A DNA stretch of 64,000 nucleotides, the filler included, from Stramenopiles sp. TOSAG23-3 (lineage: Eukaryota): the NCBI GenBank assembly GCA_900128585.1. It is 15 parts of 15 records of this genome, joined end to end, with 100 filler letters (N's around TTAATTAATTAA, not from the genome) between each part and the next. Parts side by side here need not be neighbours in the genome. Positions count along the whole stretch, not along the records: positions 51,506 to 55,681 come from LT643923.1; positions 55,782 to 59,956 come from LT643924.1; positions 60,057 to 64,000 come from LT644017.1; 12 more parts are not named here. One strand, written 5' to 3'. The translations under genes and the position numbers were made by a program. This document shows positions 52,509 to 63,236 of the stretch, piece after piece. The notes beneath the pieces are model-generated. The model was given only the letters and a program-made list of their open reading frames with translations. It had not been told where the DNA came from and ran no database searches. The first letter of the stretch is position 1; each line of letters starts with the position of its first letter.

Positions 52509-54452
52509 ATGTCCGCCAAGACGACGGTTTCCTCAAATCCTGGCGGAGTAATGTCTGTGACGTCTTCGGGCCTTCCACCAGCGGTTTCATCGGTTGGGAA
52601 AAGCGGTGGTGCTGCGGAAGCGCCCGCACCAGTGGCCCGAACACAAGCTGAGACGGAGAGTGTGACGCTACCTGCTTTGGAACCTAGTGTGTCACCGACC
52701 ATGGAAGTTGTCGTTGACTTTAATACACGTTCACCGTTGTGGGCCGCGTTTGCGCCTTCCAAGACGGACGCAAGAACCTTGCATGCAGCCATCCAATCGG
52801 AGATAGGGCACTCATTTTCTCGCGTTTTGAATTGCATGTCTGTTCTCAACAGTAACACACTCCCAAAAGAGACGGCAGAAGAAGTTTTAGAAGAAGCAGA
52901 GAAATGGGAGAGAATAGACGTCAGGGAATTAATTTCGGCGAAGAGTATCGCGGAGAGTGCGGAGAAGTTGGACTGGCGGCCGATTTTTGCTTCCCATTCG
53001 CATCTTCTAGAGCAGTTTAATAGCTTCCTTACGGCGGCTTGTGCACTGTGTTCTAGCAAGACTGGGGCGTTCGAAGTTGACCCAAGCTGTAAGTTGCTGG
53101 CGCGCATCGGTGCGGCTTTGTACAGGAATCGTTTTTGTAAAGTTGTGCGCACGGCACGACATGTGAGAAAGCGGAGAATGAATATCGTGGAAGTTGTTGG
53201 TGGGCGGCTCGAAAGCGGGGAAGCAGTGGCGGGGCCAGATCTTTTTTCCGACGGGTGCACATTTGATCATCTTCGACCAGATGGAAGGACATTCTCTGTA
53301 CAATCTTTCGAATTCAATTGGAGCATGTTGTACGGTGCACACACAAGATTGAAAAACGAAGAAACGGTTTTTCCGAAAATGATGCAGCTCCAGAGTAACC
53401 TTGCACACCCCGAGGTTCTAACAACTTGCAGTGAGGCAAAAATCCCACCCAGCCCCATCAGCATGACAAAAATTGGTAACATTATGCTTCGGACGGTAAT
53501 GTTTTTTCACCACAATCTGGTTCGGCCTGGGGTTTTCAAATCGACGGACCTATTAAAAGTTGGGCCAGCAATGGTTCGCAGATGCACGGCAGCCATGGGG
53601 CTGTCCTATGGTTTACACTTGAATCAGTGCCAGCGGTGGTTGCAGATGTGCCAGGAATTGCTCCTCAAAGGAAGCGTAGATGTATACCAGAAAACATCCT
53701 TGTTGTATTCTGAAGTGCTATACTTGTATTTTTGCTGGAAAAATGCAGTCACAGGGAGACTGAATCTAGACTACGATGAGATTCCGTATTACAAGCTTGG
53801 CGTCATCATGGGAAACTTGCAAGAAAGCATCGGGGATAGTGTGGGGCGAGTGGCATATGGCATTTGCTCAACGAACATTCGTAAAACCGATTACACGAAG
53901 AAGTCACAGGGTTACAACGCTGCTGACGAAACATCGTGGTGTAGTAAATTGTGGAAGTCCACCCTTCAACCGATTGGGAATGCGTTGGGAGAAGCAGGAA
54001 AAACGTCGGACGCCATAGACAAGGCACTATCCGAAAAATGTCAGTTTCGCTCTCTTTTGCGTGCGTTTTATGTATATGTTATTGAGTGTTCCCTGCGTAG
54101 CGCAGAAAGTTTTTTCCGCGCGGGCAAACTAAAAGTAACAATGAAAGGGGCCTCGCAACTTTTGTCAGAGATTGCGTACATAAAACAGCGCACCACTGCA
54201 GCACTGATGGACCTTGCGGCACACGCTGGGCCATTGCCAAGTTACGCTCGTTGGCACAACATCTTGCAATTGCTAGCAGAACCCGTGGCGCCTTCGAGCT
54301 CAAAAATCGTTGCAATGAATCCTGTGGTGGAACATGCCGACAGAGCAACGAGGGACAGTGCAGCATGGAGCGACTTAAGACGCCCTGGAGGAGAACGTTG
54401 TGATCCTCAAGTAATCCAGGCAAACTTAAAAAAACTTTTGCTTCAAAAGTAA
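52509..54452 (+). CDS. Helical protein with a CCDC142/CATCHR-like C-terminus
   Basis: 647-aa ORF. KLKVTMKGASQLLSEIAYI and terminal AWSDLR resemble CCDC142-type 'FSxxGAxQLxxD...WLALR'. Family call is tentative. Confidence 0.55.
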   Translation: MSAKTTVSSNPGGVMSVTSSGLPPAVSSVGKSGGAAEAPAPVARTQAETESVTLPALEPSVSPTMEVVVDFNTRSPLWAAFAPSKTDARTLHAAIQSEIGHSFSRVLNCMSVLNSNTLPKETAEEVLEEAEKWERIDVRELISAKSIAESAEKLDWRPIFASHSHLLEQFNSFLTAACALCSSKTGAFEVDPSCKLLARIGAALYRNRFCKVVRTARHVRKRRMNIVEVVGGRLESGEAVAGPDLFSDGCTFDHLRPDGRTFSVQSFEFNWSMLYGAHTRLKNEETVFPKMMQLQSNLAHPEVLTTCSEAKIPPSPISMTKIGNIMLRTVMFFHHNLVRPGVFKSTDLLKVGPAMVRRCTAAMGLSYGLHLNQCQRWLQMCQELLLKGSVDVYQKTSLLYSEVLYLYFCWKNAVTGRLNLDYDEIPYYKLGVIMGNLQESIGDSVGRVAYGICSTNIRKTDYTKKSQGYNAADETSWCSKLWKSTLQPIGNALGEAGKTSDAIDKALSEKCQFRSLLRAFYVYVIECSLRSAESFFRAGKLKVTMKGASQLLSEIAYIKQRTTAALMDLAAHAGPLPSYARWHNILQLLAEPVAPSSSKIVAMNPVVEHADRATRDSAAWSDLRRPGGERCDPQVIQANLKKLLLQK

Positions 54453-54869
54453 AACTTTGAGCTCAGGGTCTTATAGTAAACAAAATAAATTACATTTGCA
54501 AGGAAGAGTGAATTGGGAGAAATTTCAGTATGGCCTCGCTCTCTATTTGAAGTTACTTTGTAGACTCTCGCTGAAAAAATTATTTTTTTGAAAAAGTCTT
54601 TCTACGATTCATTCACAGCTCCCTTGGTTAACATCCATACCAAAGATTAGAGGCAGAAAGCTAAAAATTGACGATTTTACAGCCGTTCGCCTCAGGAAAT
54701 TCTTGGTGCATGCATCATATTCATATCATATTTTAACTTTTTAGATAACATATCTTATGAGATAAACTTAACTTAAAATTGATGTACTCACTTCATTTAA
54801 TTAAAGTTGTTAGCTAACTTCGTACCCCCTCTACCTTAGTTTAATTTTTAGCACCTGTGTGGAAACTCA

Positions 54870-55457
54870 TCATGCACCAGCACTCGTTTTCGCGGACCTG
54901 CATTGGCTGTACATAGCCATTATTAGACATTCTACCATGTGCAGCCCGCCTGCACTTAAGATAGAGTATTCAAAAAAGTACATGCTCAATATGCACTGTT
55001 CATTGCAATCTTCAACTGTCGTGAACAGACTCGTTGTGTTCCACCTACTTTGGATCTGTAAGTGCTCTATAAAATATTTATCGCAAATTCGAAGACATTT
55101 ATAGTCGATCAAATCAACAGCTTTCAATATAAAAAAATGAACGAAATACGAAAGTGACAAATACAATAGGTATTTTGTCTGTTGCGGTTGAATTTGTTTC
55201 TGTGTAACATTTCCTTTAATTTCCAACGACAAAATTATGGTTATGGTGCCCTGGAAGACTGACGACAACATTGACAGTCCATACTGTGCCGTTCCGCAAG
55301 AGAAAATCAGAATGAACCCAAAAATTGTTCCAAAACTTAAAAGGAGGGATAGGATTATGCGTGACCAGCGGCTGCATATGTTGCCCCAAGACGATTTTTT
55401 ATTTCCTTGGTCTTGTTTACTGCGAAAGGTAACTTGGGAAGACCGCGCTCGACGCAT
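54870..55457 (-). CDS. Hypothetical small multi-pass membrane protein
   Basis: ATG-initiated 195-aa ORF with 3-4 hydrophobic segments; relatively AT-rich; no family recognised. Confidence 0.4.
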   Translation of the reverse strand: MRRARSSQVTFRSKQDQGNKKSSWGNICSRWSRIILSLLLSFGTIFGFILIFSCGTAQYGLSMLSSVFQGTITIILSLEIKGNVTQKQIQPQQTKYLLYLSLSYFVHFFILKAVDLIDYKCLRICDKYFIEHLQIQSRWNTTSLFTTVEDCNEQCILSMYFFEYSILSAGGLHMVECLIMAMYSQCRSAKTSAGA

Positions 55458-55781
55458 GGTGCTCGTGCTAATTTAGCTGGCTACTGAAAACACCCAGGTG
55501 CTGATTCATCGGTCAGTGTCCAGATCATCGCACCGTCTCTACTAAATTTAAAAGTTCATTTCTACCATTTAAACTAAACTATGAAATTCAATATATATTT
55601 TATACAGTTATTGATTTTTATGTGTGAATGAGATATATAATAATAAATAAATATATTATTATATATAATATTTTTATATTTNNNNNNNNNNNNNNNNNNN
55701 NNNNNNNNNNNNNNNNNNNNNNNNNTTAATTAATTAANNNNNNNNNNNNNNNNNNNNNNNNNNNNNNNNNNNNNNNNNNNN

Positions 55782-56918
55782 GAAGCAGCTAAGAAGAAGG
55801 AGGCAGAAAATCAAAGAAAAGAGGCATCAAAGAAGTCAATAAAGGAGAATAAAAGGAAGCGTGAAGCAGCTAAGAAGAAGGACGCATGGATTGAGCAAAA
55901 TATTAAGGAACGAAGGAAGAAGGAGCAAGAACAAAAAAAGAAGTTGTTGGGCGAGCAAAGAGCCAAGCAGGAGCAAAAAAAGAAACGGACGAGAGAAGCC
56001 GCGAAGAAGGAAGATGCTAGGAAAACTGGTGCAGAACAAAAGAGGAAGGAGGGTGAAACCAAGACCAAGGCCGAACAAGATAAGAAAGAAGAGAAGAAAC
56101 AGAAGGCGGCGGTGGGACGAGGCATAGCTGCATACCGTGCCACAGTGAAAAACATCCGTCGTTTGCTTCCAAAATCAAAAGACCAGATCAGGATGCTGAG
56201 TGATTCCGAAGAGCCAGAGTTCACAGAAGACGAATTAAAAGATGCCATTCAAGACCCACGTAGCAATATGCATATCCGAAATAGAATACCCAGGCGTACC
56301 GCTGACAGCAGGAATCCGTTTGCCCACCAAGCACCGGCCAACTGCCTATGCACGGCATTTCAAAATGCGTACGCGGACAAGGGCTGCGCTAAAAAGTTGA
56401 AAAACTTTAAGTACAGCAGCAAAATACCATTATGGAAGCAAGTTAACCCTATGGTAGTGGAATGTACATTGCTGTGGCAAAATATAAACAATGGCGAAGA
56501 CTCTAGTTTGTGTCCAGCGGATGCATCCTTCGGATCGTGTGGTCTTGCTGTGAACCTCGACTTGTATGGAAGAGGTCTCATGAATGGCATTGAAATTTCC
56601 CAAAAACGTTTTGGGACCCAATCATCTCGATCAATTCAATTTGACGTGAAAAGTGACGAAGAGGGTGCAGAGGAGTTCAAATCATGGCTTGAAGGGGAAA
56701 GGAAACGTATAACTTTTAAGCAAGGAAAGGTTGTATGGAGAGGTTTGATTCCAAAACGTATAGGTGCCTTCCTCCGAAAGTCATGCGAATCTTTCAAATG
56801 GAGAGCGGGAACAAGAGGTGCGCGTGTAGATTTTACGGGCTTGACGTTCCGAGACGCAAACGATGGCCAATCCATAGGGAGAAGACGGCGGCTGCAAGCC
56901 ACACGGAGTGAGTGTTAA
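55782..56918 (+). CDS. Hypothetical protein: K/E-rich coiled coil (EAAKK repeats) and a Cys-containing globular C-terminus, 5'-truncated
   Basis: Frame is open from the contig start; gaagcagctaagaagaagga recurs at 55782 and 55863. Confidence 0.6.
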   Translation, partial: EAAKKKEAENQRKEASKKSIKENKRKREAAKKKDAWIEQNIKERRKKEQEQKKKLLGEQRAKQEQKKKRTREAAKKEDARKTGAEQKRKEGETKTKAEQDKKEEKKQKAAVGRGIAAYRATVKNIRRLLPKSKDQIRMLSDSEEPEFTEDELKDAIQDPRSNMHIRNRIPRRTADSRNPFAHQAPANCLCTAFQNAYADKGCAKKLKNFKYSSKIPLWKQVNPMVVECTLLWQNINNGEDSSLCPADASFGSCGLAVNLDLYGRGLMNGIEISQKRFGTQSSRSIQFDVKSDEEGAEEFKSWLEGERKRITFKQGKVVWRGLIPKRIGAFLRKSCESFKWRAGTRGARVDFTGLTFRDANDGQSIGRRRRLQATRSEC

Positions 56919-57249
56919 ATGAAATACCAAAAAATATATATCTCTATGCGCTACGAAGTATGTTTTGCTAGGTAATAAAGAATTCTTAATAATTAATTTT
57001 AAAACGTACAAAGTGGCAGAGGTTTATAAATTTTAAAAAATGTAAAAAATATTATTGTTGTGGAACTTTACTAACACAGTACTTCGCACTTCCTTCCATG
57101 CAAATGTGTTTGTCCATTAAAGTTTTGCTTCCTTCATTAAAAAAATTATCGAACACAATTTTATGCATTTTTCTAGATTATGCCAGAAAGTATTTTTTCC
57201 TGTACTTTTTTAAACTTGCAGTTCAAGCAGGCAAAAAATGCATCAATGT

Positions 57250-58737
57250 TCACTCCAACGACTCCTCCCCCGCGAGCTCTGTAAAGCCCATCCCTATAAT
57301 TTTGTCATTGCCGGACTCGATGGTAGCGTTTGTGCAACGACTAAGCAAAAGGGACAAACACGTGACGATTATAAATGTTACCAGAATCCAGGGGTTTGAA
57401 ACGAAAGAAATCAACATAAACAGGACGTTCATCAATAGGCATGGTAGTAAGAAAATAATGATTCCATACGTGCTATCTATTGGCACCCGATACGGTCGAT
57501 CAAGATCTGGATCGTAAACCCTGAGCTTGATGACCGCCATGACCTCTAGCAGCATAGACGCAGCAGAGACTATGTTAGTCAGCCGAAGGATCACGCCAAA
57601 GTCAAACAAACATAATGTTAAGCAAATTCCCATTGTCAGGTAGGCAGCATTATTTGGCACATTGTTCGCTTTACTCCTTGATTGAAACACCCGGGGTGCC
57701 ATTTTTGCCTCAGACATTCCAAGCAAAAGAAAAATGGTCTCCAGCATTGTGGTAAGGAACAACCCGGCGCAACTGACCAGCGTAGAAATGAAAACTAGGG
57801 CGGTCATGGTCTCGCCGCCGACGATGCGAGCAACATTGACAATACTGCCCTCTTTGATTGTCCGCCAGTCATCGACAACCCCAGCAGCCACCATTAACGG
57901 AAACAGGTAGGTCGAAATGATAAGCACCAAAGAATAAAAGGAAGCTTTGGGGTAAGTTTTCTGAGGGTTTTTTACATCGCTTGCCACTAGCGAAGCTTGA
58001 TCAAAAGCCGAGAAACTCCAATACAACATGTTGAGGTATGTCACTAACCTTTCACTATCTGCATTTGGGTCAGGCCCTCCCGCTAGTCTGCCCCAATCCA
58101 TTGTGCCTTCACTGAATAAAAATCCCCACAGCGTGAGCAAAACCAAAGGAGACAACACTATTATACCAGCGACGAAAATGCCTCGCCCAGCAGTTTCAAC
58201 CCCTTTCAAAATAGCAATATTGAAAACTATTGAAAAACAAATTTTTACCAATACACGGAGCGGGTATGACCCACTCAACGTCGCGGCAAGGCTTCCCGGG
58301 AATGCATCCATCGTATAACTTACAAACATGGTAGGGTACAATGCAGTGTCGGTCAACATTCCCAAATAGTTCCAAATTCCAGCAATGAAACCCACTCTAT
58401 ACCCAAAACTTGATCTAACCCACCATACAAATCCCCCCGCGTTTGGAAACGCACTTGACAGCTCTGCACTACACAACATTACTGGCAGACCAATCACAAC
58501 AGGGTAAACGACTATGAGCAATAGACCAAGGCCAGGGCCTATTCCACCCACCAAACCCTCTGAGCCCGCAACACCCCCGCACACACCAAAATAAATCATA
58601 CCAACCATCTGTTTAATGTCCAACACTCGAACTGCAGTATTATAGTCATCGAGTGCTTTCGAGTCTATGTTCAAGCTCTCAAATGACCCTTGCTCCGCGC
58701 GGTCCTCATCTTCTTGAACAAACTTGGCGTCGGCCAT
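57250..58737 (-). CDS. APC-superfamily polyamine/amino acid transporter (LAT/PUT-like)
   Basis: IYFGVCGGVAGSE, AELSSAFPNAGGFVWWV, DTALYPTMF, LYWSFSAFD, DVKNPQKTYPKA and KLRVYDPDLDRPYRVP; about 12 TM. The start may be further upstream via an intron. Confidence 0.85.
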   Translation of the reverse strand: MADAKFVQEDEDRAEQGSFESLNIDSKALDDYNTAVRVLDIKQMVGMIYFGVCGGVAGSEGLVGGIGPGLGLLLIVVYPVVIGLPVMLCSAELSSAFPNAGGFVWWVRSSFGYRVGFIAGIWNYLGMLTDTALYPTMFVSYTMDAFPGSLAATLSGSYPLRVLVKICFSIVFNIAILKGVETAGRGIFVAGIIVLSPLVLLTLWGFLFSEGTMDWGRLAGGPDPNADSERLVTYLNMLYWSFSAFDQASLVASDVKNPQKTYPKASFYSLVLIISTYLFPLMVAAGVVDDWRTIKEGSIVNVARIVGGETMTALVFISTLVSCAGLFLTTMLETIFLLLGMSEAKMAPRVFQSRSKANNVPNNAAYLTMGICLTLCLFDFGVILRLTNIVSAASMLLEVMAVIKLRVYDPDLDRPYRVPIDSTYGIIIFLLPCLLMNVLFMLISFVSNPWILVTFIIVTCLSLLLSRCTNATIESGNDKIIGMGFTELAGEESLE

Positions 58738-59160
58738 GGCGTTGCTAAAATCTGCACTTTCCCGAGCATTCAACCTTCTTTTAAATGTGGAAGGTGGCTC
58801 TATTGGTTAATTGTAGGTGTTTTCTCTTGTTTTGATTAGAAATATGGGTGGAGGACATTCTGCCAGCAGTACATTTAGTATAATTGTGTTTCTTTTTATT
58901 ATTTTACGGCCACCGACGGTACGTTCGGTACCGGTACTGGTAGTAGAATTACAAAGTGAAAAGAAGAAGAAAAAATTTGATAAGGCGCGACGAAGCGAAA
59001 TAGACGACTATTAATACTACTATATACATTAATAAAATAAAATACATTACACAGCATTAGATGGTGATCAATAATAATAATTCGTCTCTGCTCAGAAGCG
59101 ATTTTGCCAAAGAAGGCTGTTGCAGTAAACGGCGCATACAACACCCACTCCGATCTCTCT

Positions 59161-59955
59161 CTACCAACCTTTCATTCTGCAGAACGTAACGACTATTGGA
59201 CGACATTGGACCAACTTGTTGAAGGCCGATTTCAAGGATTTGCCTTTGGCCATAATAATTTTGGTAACTTTTTTGCTGCCTTTTTTCTCTTCCCCACAAC
59301 TATCAGCGACGGACCAAAGTGTGTCCCCGACACTAAGATCAACGCCACGGTCTCTGTTCACTACTTGGTACATTTTACCACTTCCTATGCCTTTCTGTGC
59401 AGGTTTCAGCATTATTTCTGCGCCGACTTTGTCATTCGGGGATAGCAAAACTTTGCTGATGTACTCGATTTTGCGGAGCAGTTTTTTATGTGCAGTTTTA
59501 CGGAACTTAACTCGAACCATAGACCCGGTTTTGGGTAATTTTCTTTTTTTCGATTCTTTTAAACCCAACGTTGAACGCTTCACCACAGTGCTGATTAGTC
59601 GCTTGACCACAGAAATGACGGTTTTTGGAATGGTCACGCGCTTCTCTTGTAAACAAGATGATTCATGTTTTAAGACCTGGGTGTACGTTCCCTGGTACCC
59701 ACAACAGTTATCGCAATCGAACAATCCTTTTTTTGGCGCCGCAATACCAGCACGCTTTCGCTTTTTTGGTTTGGGCCATTTACTGCGTCGCGCGTTGCTT
59801 GAAACCGCTGCAACTATCGACTCGAGCATAGAGCCAATGGCATCGCTGGCGTGCTGTCTTTCCTCTTCTATGCACTGAACCATCATGTTCAAGCATGCTT
59901 TTGTGTCGGAACACGATTTTTCATGAACCAGAATGTTCTTGCGGTAATCTCTATG
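59161..59955 (-). CDS. Hypothetical basic protein with C-x2-C...HE-x2-C zinc-finger-like motifs, 5'-truncated
   Basis: FDCDNCCGYQGTYTQVLKHESSC, plus a partial second copy (ILVHEKSC) at the contig edge; frame is open to the edge. Confidence 0.55.
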   Translation of the reverse strand, partial: HRDYRKNILVHEKSCSDTKACLNMMVQCIEEERQHASDAIGSMLESIVAAVSSNARRSKWPKPKKRKRAGIAAPKKGLFDCDNCCGYQGTYTQVLKHESSCLQEKRVTIPKTVISVVKRLISTVVKRSTLGLKESKKRKLPKTGSMVRVKFRKTAHKKLLRKIEYISKVLLSPNDKVGAEIMLKPAQKGIGSGKMYQVVNRDRGVDLSVGDTLWSVADSCGEEKKGSKKVTKIIMAKGKSLKSAFNKLVQCRPIVVTFCRMKGW

Positions 59956-60676
59956 GNNNNNNNNNNNNNNNNNNNNNNNNNNNNNNNNNNNNNNNNNNNN
60001 TTAATTAATTAANNNNNNNNNNNNNNNNNNNNNNNNNNNNNNNNNNNNNNNNNNNNCCCCCCCCCCAAAGAAGTTTTGCTCTTTGCATCCTCCGTATTAT
60101 ACTGTCCATACTGTCCAATAATTTAGTCGTCTAATAAAATAATAAATAAATAAGACAAAACTAGCTCGTCGTCTAATATAGCTACAGTACTAAAAATTAT
60201 TATTTTTATTTATTGCGAAGTAGCTACGTGGCCCCCTGGATTAATAAATTAATAAAAACTCATAGTACAGTAGGACTGTATGTAGGACAATGACTAAAAT
60301 TACGATGACCCTATTAATTATTTCTATATTATTACTTATTAATGATTTTAACTACAACATCATGTTTAAGAAGGTGCGTATGTCTTCCCACATCATTCAT
60401 TTATATATGTGCCAATCACAGGTGAATAGCGGAGAAGATGGTTTAGTAGGTAGTAATAAGAGGAACATCATACCAGTGCGCAGGCCCCTTGGTACCAGGT
60501 ACCGAACCGATCCGATTAGAGATGGATTTGTAGTAGTCGGTCGACGGTTTGTTTATCATTAGTGACGACTAAAAATTATTAGCGTTTGTACTTCTTTTGA
60601 TTCCATCCTCCACACGAGGACGCGCAAAATATTCACATTTTTCTTTCACGGTACCCCTCAGTGCCAGCAAAATGTT

Positions 60677-62591
60677 TTACCGGGTTTGGATTTGTTGGTT
60701 GATTGTGTCCAGCGTTTTCAATAGGTCACTCTCTCCTGCAATTTTCTTTTGTTGGTCGGCATTCAAATCTTCTCCCTGGGCCTTGCGCGTCTTCAGCGCG
60801 GCAATCTGTTTGAGCTTTTTGTTCGTTGATTTCAACTTTTTTTGCAAGGCTTCTAACGACAGCTCGTTCAAGGGCACAGGTTTTGCTTGCGCGTCCTTGC
60901 CGCTTGAGGATTCGCTCGCAACTGGCGCTTCAACCTTCTTTTTTGGTTTCTTTTTCCGCCGCGACTTTGTCGATGTTGAGGGGGCTGGGTTCATGCCTGG
61001 AATCACACGGGCACCACCTGAAAAACTTGCAGCAGACATATTGCTCACCTTTCCCAAACCTGACACGGACTCACCGAGCATGTCTGCAAGAGACCGCCCA
61101 CCACCGCTCCCATTTGAGCGGGCCGCTGGGGGGCGATATGCACCGGAACTTTTGTTTGCATGTTTACTATTTGCCAACGGGGTGTCGTTATTAACGCTTT
61201 TTTTCTTTTTGTCTTGGGGGCGGTCGGGGTAAACGCCCGGCAAGGCTGGCACCCACTCTACGTCAAAAAGTCGCTGCGACTTTTTCTCGCACACGGGTCC
61301 TTCGCCGTTGTATTTAAATATTTTATGTACGTTATCAACCTGCATTCTCGGGTACGTGCTTCCTGTTGCAAACCAACGGCCATCTGGAGACCAGCTGAAC
61401 ACCGTCGTACAGCTTCCATCTGCAGACCCCATTTTTTTCCGTTTGTTCATATCCCAAAAGTCCATGTCTCCACGAAGGCTACCAAACCCGGCAACGCACA
61501 GAAATCGACCGTGCGGACTGTAGGAAAGAGTGTTCCGTGCGGCAGCGCCCAACTCGAAGTACGGGTCGCCAGATTTCGGGTTGTACACCGTTACGTTAGC
61601 GGGCAAAGTTCCTGAAATGACGGTGAACTCATTCCCCTTTGGTGACCAGGCGACCGCGTGCAGGGGTCCTGATTTCGTTCTAGTGACTGTGCAGTCGAAG
61701 CTCCCATCGGTGTGAAGAAGGTAGAGGTTGCTTTCGCCGTAATATGTATCTTTAGAGACATCGGTGTGGGTTTGCAACAAAATTGTTTTCCCGTTCGGTG
61801 ACCAGTGGAAATTAATGTCTTGGGCTTTGTAAAAAGATTTGGAAGCCATTACTTGGAATTTTCCATCGTTGCCTTCCGCATAAATGTTCACGCGGGCGGG
61901 ACTCCCCCCCCTTATCCTCGGGTTTGAAGAGAGCGAATCTATCAACCCCATCAACACTGTGCATTGAGAAAACTGAGACGCCTTCCAACCGAATTTTTGC
62001 ATTGTAGTTTTCGGAAAAGTTGCAGCCTTTAAAAATATGCACCTCGTTCTTTACCATTCTTGCCGCCAACCCCTCCTGCAGCGAGAATTTAATGGCGGGC
62101 CAGTGCGGCAGGCGCCTTTCGTGGTAACTAGCTATTAGCTTACAGACCTTGCCCCCTCCGACCTCGAACACCTTCAGATTAGGTCCCGTGTCACCTTTGT
62201 AAACTCTTGCCCAAGTTACCAAATACGTCCCTAGCGGAGAAAAAGACATGTGCTCGACCCTGCCAAGCTGCTCTTGGAAGCTAGCTGTCATAGAAGACTC
62301 CTTTACATTGTACAACGTAAGAGTAGACTTGTCAAAAACTGCCATAAACTCCCCATTGCTTGAAAACTCTGTCAGCGGTTTGTCGACACCGTGCAGGAGA
62401 CCAGCGTTTGCCGACTGTTTCACCACCTTTCCGCCAGTGTTCTCAATGTACAAGCCGCTCGACTCCAGGTTTTGGGGGAACTCCTGCTTTTCACGAGGCG
62501 CGTAGAATAGGGCAAGCCCGTTCTCATCTGAAAGAAGGATTTTCGGCCTGGGCACGACTGAGTCCTGAGATGTTTTTGCCAGAGAAGTCAT
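60677..62591 (-). CDS. EIF2A: Eukaryotic translation initiation factor 2A, with a +1 frameshift at a G8 run (61904-61911)
   Basis: FSPLGTYLVTW, SFYKA, YYGESNLY, GPLHAVAWSP, RNTLSYSPHG, AGFGSLRGDMDFWD, PRMQVDN, AYRPPAAR and a C-terminal coiled coil. The two ORFs join as PEDKGG|SPARV. Confidence 0.9.
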
Positions 62592-63236
62592 CGTGTACAC
62601 AATCAATGGGTTTTTCTTTCTGGGTGATTTCACTGCTGTATGGTGAAAGAAATGTTCCAATTGCAATTTTTGGTAAAAAATACTATTGATTTTTGAGTGG
62701 CGTGCTCATGATAGTTTGTCTTTTCACATGAGATTGTTGTATCATCTTTTATCATCACCCACACCCACCACCACCACCCATCGCGACGACGAACACAATA
62801 AAAAAAAGGTACTACAATCTGGTGGTACTTGGTAGAAGAAGAATAATAATAAAAAAATAAGGAGGAGGAAGCAGGAAGAAGGAAGAAGAACAACATGCAG
62901 ATGACTGAAGAAAAGAAGAAAGATTTCAAAATAAAAAAAAAATAATATCTTTTTTTTTATTATTAAAAACAAGAAGAAAAATTGGCTGTTTGTTTTTTAT
63001 TATTATTGTTGTTGTTATTTTTTTTATATAATATTTTTTTCGGAAGAATATCCATGCTGTTATATGACAAATAGTAATAAAGAAATGCAAAAAAAGGGGA
63101 GAAAATTGTAACGCTTTAAATTAGATTGTCACTACACAGCCAGGGTGGGTCCAAGTGGATAGATAGACAGTGCAGTGACGGCTTATTTTTCTCTGAATCT
63201 TCTTTATCCCGAAGATGATCGCCTCGACTGTACGAA

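Noticed and set aside
4201-60056. Regularly spaced identical TTAATTAATTAA elements as a CRISPR-like or biological repeat array
   Set aside because: They are always embedded in N44 pads, are exactly 100 nt long, and separate size-sorted contigs. They are an artificial six-frame-stop linker.
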